Shown here in pieces: positions 1-15,586 of a stretch of 64,000 nt of DNA. The stretch covers positions 34,472,001 to 34,536,000 of the forward strand of contig OZ024751.1 in NCBI GenBank assembly GCA_964016885.1, given 5' to 3'. The DNA comes from Eledone cirrhosa (lineage: Eukaryota). Position 1 is the stretch's first letter. Every line of letters starts with the position of its first letter. The position numbers and the translations under genes were made by a program. The notes under the pieces were generated by a model. That model had not been told where the DNA came from. It saw only the letters and a program-made list of their open reading frames with translations, and made no database searches.

Positions 1-340
1 GTATATATTTCCGTCTAAGTGAATTATGTCACATATTTTGTAAACTATTTCTCTATAACCATGAAAACAAATTCGATGAAGCTTCTTAATTTCTCATAAA
101 TTTAAAATTCCGCTTATCGTTTCTAAAGCAAACCTTCGTAAGTTCATTTCTAGCTATATATGTATAGTTGCAAATTGGCAGAGAATATTGTGACAGTCAC
201 ATTGGGTTAAGGGCAACATATCAACCTGGCATGCATAAATGTGAGGGTTTGAGTCCCAATTGTGTCAATATACATTATCCGTTGGTGTCAGGGGACAATA
301 TGCCCTATTAGTTAAACTGTTGCATTATTGGCCTAAATAT

Positions 341-525
341 GTGGGTGGATTGGCAGTATCGGTAGAGGGTCGGACGCCGTGCTTTGACGCATAGAGTTAC
401 GTCCCTTGCCATTCTGAGTTCAAATCCCGCCGAGGTTAACTTTGCCTTTCGGGGTCGATGAAATAAAGTACCAGTAATACACTGGATAATTGCTGGCCTT
501 GTGCCTAAAGTAGAAACAATTATTG
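341..525 (+). mobile_element. tRNA-derived SINE, near full length
   Basis: A-box TGGCAGTATCGG, B-box GAGTTCAAATCC, core aactttgcctttc...ggggtcgat..aagtaccag, tail ggccttgtgcctaaagtagaaacaattatt. Confidence 0.85.
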
Positions 526-819
526 GCCTAAACATACGAAGCAGCCTTTTACTTTCTACTTTGTTATATATATATATGTACATACATGCATACATACATA
601 CATACATACATACATACATACATACATACATACATACATACATACATACATACATACATGTGCCTGTGTGTGTGTGTGACTCCATAACAATACGATAGAC
701 TGAGTTGGTGTTAAACCCAACAAACCTTAAGTATCTGCATATGACATTGTTGTAACTGACTATATACAGGTTTAGTGATATGTTTGTCTGTTTACATGTT
801 TATATATGTAGACAGGTAG

Positions 820-874
<55 letters not shown>

Positions 875-2524
875 TTTGTTTGTGTATGAATAAATGTATA
901 TGTCCCTTCCCCTGACACGTATGTTAGCTAGTTGAACTCTCGTTATATATATATCCCAGAGATACCAGGTTTCACCACAGAGAGACATGTGACGTTTCAC
1001 GACCTTACTATGTCTTTATAGAATTTCACCTAGTTGCTACCTTTGGAGCTGTTTGCTATATTTTAGACAACTTAAATTATTTTCGGGAGCTACAATCCTC
1101 TACTATATTATTTTATTTTAGAAGTTTACGTTAAAGAGAAATTTGGACAATCAATAAAATTTATAGAGAAATATATGGTGTATTCTGAGATACTTTGATT
1201 CATAGCTTGTCATGCACGCATTCATAGTATCGATCATTTAGGAGAACTTATTAATGGTGTAGTTCCTTCATCATTAATTGCAGCTGATTTGAATCTACAT
1301 TGAACTATATGTATGACACTTATAAAAAATATATTATTGCTTCATCCATAGTGAAAGAAGAAATTGAAAACATAAGTAATAGTTTTCCTTCATTTCCGAC
1401 ACCGCAACTCGTGAAAACTTCTAGGGGTGGGAGGTTGATTCTCCTATAAATGACAAAATTAAATTTGTAATACAGGTTATAGGGTAAAATTCTGTTACAA
1501 AACTCGCTGATGAAATGTTGCATCAAGCTGTGAAAAATTGAGTAATGTGGAAATGTATATGAAACCCGGGTGGAACAGGACATTTATTTGGTCTTAATGA
1601 TTCTCTCTCCACGTTAATGAAGTAGCCACTCTAAACTTGAAAGATGCAGTTCTCAGCATTTAGCATACTCCCATCTCACCGTAGAATTACCTTCCAAAAT
1701 TGACACTATTTGATAAGAGTAGCTTACGTCTATTTCAGCAGATTAGTGCTAGAAATATATAAATTAATAAAGAATGGTGAGGAACCATTGCATATTTTAG
1801 TCGCCAGATAACTGTGTAAGAAAACATTCTTCACTAGTTGAATGAATTAAAATTACATTTTCAAATGACATCTGCTAGCTGCGACAAATATTATGGAAGT
1901 AAATTGCATGCTATATACTTAGATCCAGCTAATAACAATTATTTAACATTTATGAGGCCTGTATTTCTGGAATGAATTGGGAAAAATGTTAATCTGCTGT
2001 TGCAAAACAAAATGCCAGTTCAATGTATTGTCTTAAAGGAATTGCGTAATTTTCAATATTTATGCTGACAATAGATATATATTCTCAATAGTCGAATCTT
2101 AGAACGAATTTAAACATTGAATGACATTAACTCTCACAGTATTGGCTATCAGTTCTAGTGCCTCATTTCTTTTTATGGCGGTCATTATTCAGGGCTGACC
2201 ATGGGGTTTCACCTATATAATTACGTTCTGTGACGGGGCAAGGGGTATTGTGGAATTCCTGCAATCGAAACTCCATACAAATCACCACTATCAAAGCCAA
2301 CAATTTTGTCTTTGGAATAAAGTTTGCTAGAAAAAAAATACATCCATTAAAATTAAATTAGTTACGTAGTCTGGATGGAGAAATATTGTTTGTCATTTGA
2401 AATGAAATGAGATTTAGACTTCACACCTATCCTGATTTAACTTCTTATCTGCAAGTTTGAGTCTCATTGTATGTTTCTTAAGAGTTGTAATTATATGATC
2501 CGCAATTCGGTCGTGGAATACAAC

Positions 2525-2632
2525 GTAAAATAAAGGTGCATGCTCAAGCACAATATTCACCGCCTGGTCAAGGAATCGAACCTACATCTTTATAATTGTG
2601 AGACTAACATTCTAATCCCTAGACTATGCGGT
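2525..2632 (-). mobile_element. Decayed head of a second tRNA-derived SINE
   Basis: B-box GGTTCGATTCC on the minus strand. A more decayed relative lies at about 38080-38360 (+). Confidence 0.5.
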
Positions 2633-3080
2633 ATTTCAGATCCCTCGGCATATATCACAGCATGGCGGAACCTGCAAACTCTGCTGGAGCGATTTACATA
2701 GTTTAGAGCTTACAGCGGAAAATGGAGAAAAGGAGAAAAAAAAATAAACGGAATGAAGTGACATGAGACTGCATATGCACATACCTGTGAATATGCATGT
2801 AGCTGCACATATATCTGAATGTTTACATAAATGTGATGGCGCATAGGGATGCGTGTCTTTTTGTTCATGAGTATGTGTTAGGGTAATGTGTTGAGAAAAT
2901 ATTTCATAGATAAATATCGTAACCTTACAAGTTTGTGCATATGTATTTACATGAGCGTGAATAGGTGCATGCGTGTGTATGCATACACACACATATATAT
3001 ATTTATATATACATAACTATGTATATCTCTATACATATTTGCATATACACATTCTCAGACGCACACACACTTATGTAGAC

Positions 3081-3201
<121 letters not shown>

Positions 3202-3208
3202 TATATAC

Positions 3209-3242
<34 letters not shown>

Positions 3243-5448
3243 AAGGGTGTGGATAGCTTTGGTTGTGAAACTGTGTGCGTATACAAGTGTGTAATACACA
3301 GCTAGCATGTGTCTCAGAGGCATGACAGCATTCCCAAAACATACCATGTTTATCTGCTGCTTTTCTTCTGAGACATGTCATAGTATGTGTGTGCGTGTTT
3401 GTGTGTGCGTGGGTGTGTGTGTGTGTATAGATATATCGGTGCAAAAGTGCAACTAGTTAACAGGATTTTGATATAAATAGCACTGATGATGTTGCTGCAG
3501 CAACTGCACACTACTGTTTACGCCCTGCATGACTGAGCAGAAATAATCTAAAAGCATGCAGATCGCTGCTAATGCACCATCTATACATACGTAATCTTGC
3601 AGATGCTGTGCACCGATGACGAAAAGACATCAAAACTTTTCTTAATGAAAAAAAGATGTGATACATGTATGCATCTGTGTGAGTGAGTGTATGTATGTGT
3701 ATATATATATATATATATATAATGTGTGTGTGTATCAGTGTGTGTGTGTGTGTATGTATCTGTAAGTGTATGTATGTATCTATATATGTATATATATATC
3801 TGTGTGTGTTTGTGTCAGTGAATGTATGAAAGAAGAAACAGAGAACCTAACACGAGATGTTGAAAGTTTAATATGTGAGATGCTATTTTGACAACGATCA
3901 TGATGATGGTATTATGCTGGGAAAGATAACGGTAACAACCACTTCTTTGAAGACCTTTCAAAACAATACGAAAAAACACTTTCTCAATAAAGAAAATATA
4001 TAACCACATTACAGGAATTTAAACGCAAACAAATGCTCATGCACAACCACACACAGGCACGCTCACACACACTCACAATCTGAAATAAGAATACCCTCAC
4101 ATACACACACGTAAGTTATATATACTTACATACATCAAATGCATTCTTTTCCCATATATTAAGAGACATTTTCGCATCGTACGCCCGTTGCACAAAATCA
4201 ACGCAGAACTAAAATCCCCAAATTCGCTCCAAATATATTCATACATTGCTGTGTGGGCCTAAGTTTTGGTTCGGAACTTCTTGGTTTCAAGATCGCGCCC
4301 ACTGCGGTGCACCTTTAGACTTTTAACGTAGTTTCTGGTTGTAGGGGATCATTTGTAGACAGATTGATGAAATAGTGATTAAATATCTGTTTATTGTTTA
4401 ATTGAATATTTTTCTTTAAATAAAACATTATCTAGTCACACGTGGTTATTCGTAGACTGTGAGGTGATCCATTGTATATCATACCCGAAACTACGTCATA
4501 ACGATCGAACCGTCTAAGACTACGCTTTGCCCTTATAAGGTAATGGTTTCTGATTTAGGAACAAGTGGAGTCTATTATAATATTTTACTGGTACTATATT
4601 TTAATAACCGAGAAGGAGGAAAGGTAGAGTTGAATGAGATAGGACTTGAACTCAGGGTGTAAAAGAAATTACGTAAAGCTATCTGTCCGACGCTGTAAAC
4701 CTTCTATTTGCCTAGAGCTCGTTCTTACTGGAAAACAATGAGAACTTCACAGTGTCGTTCGTCCCACTAGAAATAGCAATCAAATCTCCCCTACTTTGCA
4801 AATTATTGTTGCAAATTATTGTTGCAAATTATTGTTGTAAAATAAGAAATATGTATTCGATAATTTAACACCAGCTATAATGTCCCCTGAAAAAAAATGG
4901 TGTGTTAAGATTTCAATTAAAGGGAATATGTACTATATTACCGGAATATGTACATGGATAATAAGCAGAAACGATTTCATTCGGGCGACAAATAAAGATA
5001 CTTGAAGTTGATATATTTATATCAGTGTAAACTAATATCTTATTCAATTCCTAAATAACAATTCAGGAAAATACTTTCTACTGGTATTTTGGTAATTTTC
5101 TCTACTTTATACTTCCAAAGTTGAACCTAAACTTATTCTAATTTTCTGTATAGTCTCTACGTCCCATGAGAATATATTTAAATTTACAAACATCTTAACT
5201 TAGTATTTACATCTCGTAACTGACGTAGACTGTTTTGTCAGTGTATAATAAGTTTCTTAGTTCAATTCGAATTACTAACATTTAGCCTGCGGCTGAACAA
5301 CTTTCAGCTCCTGTTTTTAACATACACCTCATTACTGAACAACATCCTGGGTATATGTTATATGTATATATTTTAATATATTTATCTTGAGTATATCTCG
5401 AATTCAGCTAGAAAACATAACACACACACATAAATATATATATATATT

Positions 5449-5641
5449 TAATTGTTTCTACTATTGGCACAAGGCCAGCAATTACCCAGTGTATTACTGG
5501 TACTTTATTTTATCGACCCCGTAAGGATGAAAGGCAAAGTTAACCTCGGCGGGATTTGAACTCAGATCATAAAGAGCCATAACTCTTTGCTGTAAAGCAT
5601 GGCGTCCGACCCTCTACCGATACTGCCAATCCACGACCCTT
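5449..5641 (-). mobile_element. Same SINE family
   Basis: Reverse complement of the 341-525 type. Confidence 0.85.
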
Positions 5642-5827
5642 ATATATATATATATAGTGTGTGTATGTGTGTTACGTAAAAGAAGCAAATCTCCGGTGTA
5701 CACATTGCCTGGTGATTAGGTTTTGACCCCTCCGAGTCACACTGCCTTTGAGATGTGGAGGGTGTGTACATATATCTGCAGGAAATATGAAACTACTAAC
5801 TCCATGAAATCCAACTAAAACTGTTTA

Positions 5828-5921
<94 letters not shown>

Positions 5922-6040
5922 CATATATATATTTATATATATATATATATATATACATACATACATACATACATACATACATACATACATACATACATAC
6001 ATACATACATACATACATACATACATACATACATACATAC

Positions 6041-6414
6041 AGTAACTGCCTCAATACAAATCTTGAGAAGCTAGGCTTCACAGGAACAGAAAGAACACAA
6101 CTAGTTAGGAAATTACAAGTACAATCCATTAATGGAACAGTAAAAATATGTAAAACATTCCAAAAATTTTGCATCTAATAACTGCATATACACATGTACA
6201 GATACAAAGCATATACACATGCACACATACAACTCAAAACATACACATCCACAGATACAATAACATCCATATCTACACATGCATGCATGCAGACATACAT
6301 ACATATCTACCTAGTTGATGTTGTGTAAATTCCAATGAGAGAGTGTTGTGTCTATGTTAGAAACCGACTCTCTCTCTATTGGTAAAACTTTGTGAAATTA
6401 TAAAACCAGAAGAA
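6041..6414 (+). mobile_element. 3' end of an R4/Dong-like (RLE) non-LTR retrotransposon inserted in (CATA)n
   Basis: 6041-6178 translates as [45 protein letters not shown], resembling the LG...LQ...GT.KI...F C-terminus of R4/Dong ORFs. (CATA)n lies on both sides. Confidence 0.7.
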
Positions 6415-8003
6415 CATACATACATTATTAATTTTCTTGAATTTAACAGAAGCATTTGTAATACAAAATCACACACGAGCAACTGAACTATATATATATA
6501 TATATATATTTGAAAAGGGAGTAAAGTTCTGTACAAAACAGAGGTTATAGTGAAAAACAGGAATTAGAAATAGCACGAAAAATATATTGAAAGGATCTGT
6601 TTTTCTTTTTTTTTTCTTTTTTGATTCGTCAAAGTAACATTATTGAAAGAATGAGAGGAATAATTTTTTAACATAAAAGGAGTTTTATAATAATATATAT
6701 ATATATATACATACAGAGAGAGATGCATACACTTGCAGGTGTATATGGGTATTAATGCGTATATTCATAATTGTGTACAGAGCTGTAATGTGGATTAGAA
6801 ATTCTGAATCTACAGATTGTGTGCACGTATTTAGCTCGGGGTTGATCTGCTGATACGTGGCGTAGATAAATAACTGTGAAATTACAGAAAAACGATTAAT
6901 AAATATATGAAGAATTACATAAACAAGTAAATTATAAATAAACATTTTTTTCAGGAATCAATGAAAGCTAACATTCAGCAAAATTCTAGCATTCCATTGA
7001 CATGAATAGGGTAACTTGTGTGAGGAACTACAAAAGTTGAATTATTCAGTAAATACGAACAAGCCACCATATTGTTTTGTGGTTTCTGGTGGTAAATGTC
7101 TGCTTTTTCTCATACCCTGACATATATTAACCAGCATTAAAATGTATTTGTAGTATTTGGAGATAATTTTTCAAATATTTGCTATCTTTGTTAATGGAGT
7201 CAGCAAACGACTGAAGGAATCTTTCGCGAAAAGTGAAGTCTTGAGAATTTACTTTAATGTCGATACCAGATTTTAGCAGATTCAGACACTCGCCTAACCC
7301 ATGTTAGCGTGGAAAATGTACGTTAAATAGTGATGATTATACACACACACACATATATATATATGAGAGAGAGAGGTGTATATAGTTAGCTAATTGATGC
7401 CGTCTATATTCCAGAGAGAGACTTCTGTTAGAAACCGGCTCTCTTTCTCTATCTCTCTCTCTCTCTTTTGCTATCTCTCTGTGCCCTTCTCTCTCTCTCT
7501 CTATTGGTGAAAATTCATAAAATAATAAAACCAGACAAACATACGTACATACACATACATACAGGCATTCGTATATATATAGAGAGACTTACAGAGCAAG
7601 GCCCGTATAACTAGTTAAAAGAAAATGACGTAATCACAATAAAACCAAGATGGATATGAGTATGAGGGGGAGGGGAGGTGAAGTAGGTAAGGCGGTGGTG
7701 TTACTGGTGGTAGTGGTGGTGGTGGTGGTGAAACTATTAACGGGATGTAGTATTTTCTGTGCTCTTATCATTACACTGATTTCAAGTCATGTCTTTTTAT
7801 ACAAAATATTGCCATTGGTAAACATTCAGCCCTTGTTAGCAACACTGATATCTGTCTGTTATGTTCCAGTGTGTGTGTCGTTTATCTTCCTGTGTGTGTG
7901 TCTGTGACAGTCCGTGTGTCTGTGTGTAGACGTGTGTGGTCGTTAGTATGGCTGTTTTTGTATGTCTGTGTTGTTATGTATAAACTCCACTTTCCCTCTC
8001 TCA

Positions 8004-8077
<74 letters not shown>

Positions 8078-9234
8078 TATCACTTGAATATGTGTCATCC
8101 TTCATGGATTCACCCAGTATTCACTAACAACTATGGTATATGATATGGCTGCCGACTAGCCGAGACAGGTAAACAGGAATCTGACACGTCATCTTGGAAA
8201 TAAATGGAAATGCAATGAAAAATAAAACTAAATAATTAACGAAAGAAATGAACGTTGACGAAAATAGGAAAGTTTTTTCAATAAATTAACCAAAGAAATA
8301 TATATAATACATTTATAAAAGTTAAATAATTAAATATAAAAATGAAAGATAACAAGCTAATATCCCTGTCACCATTGAGTTGATTCCATGGCCAAGTCTT
8401 CCCCATCTTAGTAAAATATTTCTCCTATCTTTCTTTTGCAGATTTATACGATCGTTTAAGTTTATATTTACATAATTCCGATGAAGAAGTGGAAGGGGGT
8501 TAGAAAACGAAGGGTAATGATAGAAGATGGGAGGGAGGGGGCTCTAGATTAGATGAGGAAAAAATAGGGGGTAGGAGGGGGTGAGGTGAAATTGGTGGGG
8601 TGGGGAAGTTGGTGGAAAGGATGTTAAGTAATTGGCAGCCCTGAGAGTGGTGGTGGTGCTGGTTGTGGTGGTGTGGGTGGTGGTGGTGAAGAAATAGGGA
8701 TACAGAGATAGAGAGAGTGAGAAAGACATATTGAAAGTTAAAAAGTGAGAGAGAGGATGAAAGATTTGTCGAAACAGAGAGAGAAAGTGAAAAAGAGGGG
8801 AATGAGGGAGAGAGGGTGAAAGAGAGAGTAAGTGCGAGACAGACTAAAACAAATAGAGGGTCAAAGTAAGGGAGAAGGAAAGAGAGGGGGGGGGAATAAA
8901 ATAGAAAGAGAGAGAGAGAAACAGAGGAGTGAGAGAGGGAAAAGAGGGGAGAAAGAGATATATAGATAGAGAGTGAGTTGTTGAAGCGAAGCATGAAATC
9001 CAATCGATCAGTGTTTATTGATCCATCTGACATTGAAATTATTATCGACAGATTTTTACAGGAAACTGCCAGTTCCAAATAGAGTCACTTTGCAACTGTT
9101 GCACTGCAGTCTTGTGCAGCAGTATAGTGCAGTGTAAAGTCTGATGTGCGGTCTTAACATATATTCCACATTGCCAATCAACGAGACAGAGTTCAGCGAA
9201 ATAATTTCACCTCCAGCCGAGACTCCCTCCACCC

Positions 9235-9320
<86 letters not shown>

Positions 9321-10700
9321 TTCTCTCTCTCACTCTTTCTCTCTCCCTCTCTCTCACATACCTCCTGGTGACTGTATACACATCCATGCGGTGGCGCACA
9401 CAGAGTTTCACAAACACACATGTATATTTGAATATATGTATATACATATATATATATGAATAAAATGGCGAGCTGTGTGGTTGCACTTAAGTATAATGAA
9501 AATAAAAGTTACGGGCGAAAATATATATGAGAGAGAGAGATGTTCGTGCGTGTGTATACATACATGCCACACACATACTTATATACAAATGTATGTATAA
9601 GAGCTGGCACGCATACACATACATATAATTGAAATGAAGACGGATACAATGAAACGATAATAATAATAACAATATCAAAAGTAGCAACAATTGATAAAAC
9701 ATTATGTGAGCTAATTAAAGAAGCATTAGGGTATTTAGTTCGATAAATTAAGACTTTAATGAACTTATCGACACGATTTCTTTCAATTCACGATTCCCAA
9801 GGAACAAACAGATTTGTCGAACATGTGTTTCTGTGGAGTAGGGTTAGGTATTGGGAAATGTTATGATGAACATGTTTTTAAGTGAGGTAATTTAATGTAG
9901 GAGATATCGATTATATTGATTTCTGTAGGCACAAGGACAGCAATTTGGGGGGAAAGTCAAAGTTGATTAAATTATCAGCAATTTTTGGGGAAGGTCAAAG
10001 TTGATTAAGTCAACCCAGTATTTGACTGGTATCGACCACAGAAGAGTCAAATGTAAAATTGATTCCGGCCTGATTTGAACTCAGAATGTAAAGAGCCCAG
10101 ACAAACACCACAGTTTAATCAGACGCTCTGCTAATTCTACTAATCAATCACTCTTTTTAAACATATTTAGAGAAGGAACCCCACATCTAAACTCCATTGC
10201 ACCTTCACCATTCCACATGACAACCTACATGTGTTGTACACGTGTTTATGTGAGGTAGTATTTGGGTTAGGGAATACACATATATTGAACATCTGTTTAT
10301 ATGATGCTGTTAGAAGCTAGGGAATATAATTATATTGAACATGTGTGTAATCAATAGCGAAGCTTTTATTAATGTATTGCCATTCATCTGTAAAATGCAA
10401 AGGTGCCAATTGTGAAATCAGAGCGGATATCCCGCCAGGGAACGCTACGAAACCATGGTATGGTCCTTAGTTGTATTTGCCGCCTTTCTCTACTTTCTAA
10501 ATTCTCAATTTTATTTATTTCTAGAGCTTTCTATGTATGTGTATGTATGTATGTGTGTATGTTTATGTACGTACGTATGTATGTATATGAGGGTTCGTAT
10601 GCGTAGGGTGTTTTATGTATTCATGTATATAATGTATATATACATATGATTATATATTTATGTATACGTGTGTGTTTGCATATATATATATATATATATG

Positions 10701-10786
<86 letters not shown>

Positions 10787-11524
10787 TTGTTTGTATGTTT
10801 ATGGGTATATATGTGTGTATATATGTATATGTACGTACGTATGCATATATTTGCAGGTCTATATGTGTTTGTGTATGTGTGTGTATACGTGCGTGCATGC
10901 ATATTTGTGTATGTATGTGTATGTGTGTGTGTGTGTGTGTGTGTTAACTAGGTTACTGAAGTCATTGCATAGATTTACGCCGCAGTCAGTCAGTTATTCG
11001 AGGAGTAGATATCCGGTTGAGCTTCCCACTGAGAATCGTGTGTATGAACTGAGAAACCTTCCACGAAGCCTTGCCTATTGATTCATTGATATTGCATGGC
11101 TTACACATGCATACACATATATACACTGACACTCACACACATATATATATACACTGGCACACATATATACACAACACATCTACGCACCCATACGTATACA
11201 CACACATACACCACACGCATACACATATATACACAGAAAGCGGTTTTCCTACACGTGCAGAACCACCCTGTGGTGTGTAGTTTAATCTAGAAAGCCACAT
11301 AATCGCTGTATATACATTATGCCTGCGTTTGCATTACTGCGTTATTGTGTACAAAGAAGATATATTTCCAAAAGCGTTCGTGTGGCTTTGCACTTATGTT
11401 TCACTGGGGACGAGCTTAGTGAAATAGCTATGTTGCATGTTTTGCAGTTGGTTGTGTGCACCTATATATATATATATGATTTATATATGAATTTAAAATC
11501 TTAAGTATATATATATATATATAT

Positions 11525-11658
11525 AAGTAGTAACACAACAGTTAGTTGACCATACGGAGAACAATTGTTTCACCTTGTGGATCTTCAGTCCGAGCTGAAG
11601 ATCCACAAGGTTAAACAATTGTTCTCGGTATGGTGAACTAACTGTTGTGTTGCTACTT
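11525..11658. repeat. Palindrome, 64-bp arms, 6-nt loop, abutting (TA)n
   Basis: Arms are reverse complements with 4 mismatches around cttcag-tccgag-ctgaag. Confidence 0.95.
11590..11628 (+). ncRNA. Minimal type I hammerhead motif with GAAA mutated to TAAA; a mirror copy on the minus strand (about 11555-11592) keeps GAAAC
   Basis: ccgag CTGAAGA tcc-acaa-ggt TAAAC aatt GTT ctcgg: 5-bp stem I, palindromic ACAATTGT stem III. Confidence 0.65.
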
Positions 11659-11814
11659 CTACCAAACTCGTCCCAGGATCGGAGTGCTCTACTACTAAGG
11701 AACCCTCCAGTGTTCTACCTTATATCTAAACTATAATAAATTAAGCAGCACGGGACTGCGTACTGTTTATAATATGTTTATCCCATTAGTAATATAAGTT
11801 GGATTACTTTGAAT

Positions 11815-12012
11815 AAATAATTGTTTCTACTTTTGGCACAAGGCCAGTAATTATCCCAGTGTATTACTGGTACTTTATTTTATCGACCCTCTAAGGATGA
11901 AAGGCAAAGTTAACCTCGGCGGGATTTGAACTCAGATCATAAAGGGTGGTAACTCTATGCTGCAAATCATGGCGTCCGACCCTCTACCGATACTGCCAAT
12001 CCCCCGCCCTTT
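11815..12012 (-). mobile_element. Same SINE family
   Basis: Nearly identical to 5449-5641. Confidence 0.85.
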
Positions 12013-12370
12013 GATTAAATAATGAATGAATATTACATTATTTATCTACTAAATTTCGTGGCTGTTGATTAAATATATTTTGTTTATTTAAAGATTCACT
12101 TCTTTAAAGTTTCTGAAATGTCAACACTTCCGTTTGGCGATTGCTTAAATAAACATACTAATTTTCTGTCACTAATTTTCTCCTAATGCAGTTTATATAT
12201 AATATCGTCTTTTTTAATGTATCATGGATTACGTTACTGATTACATAAGACAGTGTAACGCAGTCTTCGCTTAATTTCTATGTATTATATATTGTCAATT
12301 ATGATTTTATTTGATGTATCATATCTACATGTATATATACCTGCGTATAATAACAATATACACACTACAC

Positions 12371-12413
12371 ATGCTAGCAGAAAACCACCCGAGGGTGGTT
12401 TTTCTGCTAGTAT
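12371..12413. repeat. Short palindrome, about 20-bp arms
   Basis: atgctagcagaaaaccaccc-ga-gggtggtttttctgctagtat. Confidence 0.9.
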
Positions 12414-12503
12414 ATATAATGTCTGCTGCCATCACAACAGGATAGTTATACATGGCCAACAGCATAGCCCAATAACTGCATAACTGCACCTATGATTGCG
12501 TAA

Positions 12504-12554
12504 GCATCTGATGAACTGACAGGCATAACCATGTAACAGAAATCTATATCATGC
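12504..12554 (+). ncRNA. Type I hammerhead ribozyme, slightly decayed
   Basis: gcat CTGATGA actgacaggcataaccatgtaaca GAAAT ctat ATC atgc, then aataaa. 4-bp stem I, AUC triplet, imperfect stem II. Confidence 0.7.
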
Positions 12555-13752
12555 AATAAAGCAATTATGGTGAAATCCCGTTTTAACCATTCTTGTTTGA
12601 TATGTGATAACAATCCACGTATAAACATACGCTACTAGACAGGAAAGCACAAGAGAATATTCTAACGTATTTGAAGCATTCTTTTATTCTTGTTACACAA
12701 AACCTACCTCGATAAATGCAGCAACCCTATGTCATACAGATTATAGAAATTAGCTGAAATAATTTACATGATTTGCATACGTTTGACAAAATAATTTATC
12801 AAATATTTATGCTAAACACACTATATATTTGATGATTGTATGTTAAACCTAAGGTATATATAATCATCGTTTACTTAACTAGAAGCCTTTTCTGTGAATG
12901 TAATCAAGTGTGACATCTAAACAATTTCAACTTTTTCTTTGCTTACAGAAGAAATTATTTTTTATGCATTTCAGATATTACGGTTTCGTCATAAGAAAAT
13001 ATCTCCCTCTATTTGACTATACGGATGAATATTGCTTTGGCAAATCTTTCTATCTATCTATTTATCTATCTAGCTATCTCTATCTATCTATCTATATATA
13101 TTTATATATATATATATCATATTATATTATAGAATATATTTTGTTCATATTTGGAACAAAATAATTTATATATTATCATGGTTATATCCTATTAATCAAT
13201 CCGTTATCACTTTTCTGTTGACAATAGTTGATCAATAAATACTTGTGGAAGCAGCATTAAGCACTCGACGCAGCATAGCTTCCCAGTTGTGATATCATCA
13301 CATAGATGTGTGTACGACGGAGTATTAGTATAGTAATGAACTGGGAGGAGGGGGGTTAAAATGTCACCTTATTTAACACCCACCACACGCATATATACAT
13401 ACATGGCAGTGTATTTGTATATACATAAACATTATAGCCATGTATACATCATTTTATAAAGGGCAACCTTATCAATGAATGTTGTTTTATTTCTATATTG
13501 ATAGCAATATTATCTTGTCTTGTCTTGCTTTGTATTCTCATATTCTCTCTCATATTCTTATATTCTCCCTCATGTTCTCTACACTTGTGGAGAGTCCGGA
13601 GAAAACATACAACTGCTTCGGCGATGTTATAAAGACATGTCACTGTAAATGATAGCTGTGTATTATACAATAAATGTTGTTTGGTTTTACTGGGATACAG
13701 ATACCACAAATATAAAAGAAAAACAGCCACTATAAGCACCACACCGCTTAGC

Positions 13753-13786
<34 letters not shown>

Positions 13787-13792
<6 letters not shown>

Positions 13793-13977
13793 AAGGAAAT
13801 GTGGTAAGGAACCAGATGGACCATAACACACCAGAGTACTCAATACTTAGAGTAGTAGAGTGGGAAATAGGAAAAGGTATGACCCCGACGGCAAAGCTCA
13901 AGCCGTTTCGACGGCTATTTCTGGAGTCCAGAAATAGCCGTCGAAACGGCTTGAGCTCTGCCGTCGGGGTCATACTT

Positions 13978-13980
<3 letters not shown>
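13787..13980 (-). mobile_element. Hairpin-capped element of about 200 bp in (TA)n, copy 1 (palindrome 13872-13980)
   Basis: Homologous to 24603-24806 and 28093-28298; (TA)n on both flanks. Confidence 0.85.
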
Positions 13981-14062
<82 letters not shown>

Positions 14063-14172
14063 CATATATATACACACAGAGACACATACGCATACATACA
14101 TACATACATACATGCATACATACATACATACATACATACATACATACATACATACATACATACATACATACA

Positions 14173-14447
14173 TACAAGTACAATCCATTAATGGAACAGT
14201 AAAAATATGTAAAACATTGCAAAAATGTTGCATCTAATAACTGCATATACACATGTACTGATACAAAGCATATACACATGCACACATACAACTCAAAACA
14301 TACACATCCACACATACAATAACATGCATATCTACATATCTACCTAGTTGATGTTGTGTAAATTCCAATGAGAGAGTCTTGTATCTATGTTAGAAACCGA
14401 CTCTCTCTCTATTGGCAAAACTTTGTGAAATTATAAAACCAGAAGAA
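14173..14447 (+). mobile_element. Second, more truncated copy of the same R4/Dong-like 3' end in (CATA)n
   Basis: High identity to 6114-6414 with the same 3' junction. A diverged tail-only relative lies at about 7388-7545. Confidence 0.75.
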
Positions 14448-15238
14448 CATACATACATACATATATATATATATGTGTGTATATATATGTATATATATGT
14501 GTGTATATATATATGTGTATGTATATATGTATATATATATACACACGCATACATACATACATAAACAAATCTGTTACACTTATTGCATAGATTTTCTCTA
14601 CCTGTGTTTACACACGATCATATAAACATAGGTACATATTAGACAAATACTCATGCACACCACCAAACAGACGTACATATACACACCCGAAACAGACCTG
14701 TTTATGATGCACTGTAAACTGCATTTATTTGGTTACAAGCTAAGCCACTCACAGAGGATCAAATCTCCTCAGACCCCATGAAATAATATCATAAACTCAG
14801 TTTCTGCCATTTTCAAACTATTGGAGAAAGCAATAGAGGAAATGATCGTAAGATAAACAACTTAACCAACCGCTTTATTGGGCGAGATTTTATACGTATT
14901 TGCTGGCCTCTATTTTCTTTATTTTTTACTTTCTATCTCCGTCTCAGTTTTTTTTTATATATTAGCGTTCAGAAATCTGTTGATATTGTCAAAGATATAT
15001 TTGCTAATAATGTTTTTCCTGTTGTTCACAACAATATTACTGTTAGAGACGCTCCTACTCGTTGTTTTTCTTGCTGACGTTTCTTTTCTTTCTTGTGGTT
15101 TTTATTTTGTTTTGTTAGTTATATATCATATTTTCCTTTCATTGGCACTGTCTTGTCTTGTTGACATAGTTACATTTATAGTTCATCAGATATCGAATAC
15201 ATGTGTGCATTGGATATATATACATATGTGTGTGGGTG

Positions 15239-15320
<82 letters not shown>

Positions 15321-15475
15321 CTTGCGTATATGTACATACGTCATACATACAGTATAGGAAACGTGATGATACATTTCGCCATTAGCAACAACGAACTAGT
15401 CGGATGAGAAAATATCATTATCGCTTTCTTTCTCTGCCTATATATATATAAATGTGTGTGTGTATATATATATCT

Positions 15476-15529
<54 letters not shown>

Positions 15530-15541
15530 ATGTGTGTGTAT

Positions 15542-15586
<45 letters not shown>

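Noticed and set aside
341-435. tRNA gene
   Set aside because: The A and B boxes belong to a multi-copy SINE head, with no cloverleaf.
1030-2300. Possible decayed coding or transposase region
   Set aside because: Complex sequence, but no motif I can recognise and frequent stops.
7590-7616. Second Helitron 3' end (gagcaaggcccgtataaCTAGt)
   Set aside because: The hairpin is degenerate and no matching 5' end was found.
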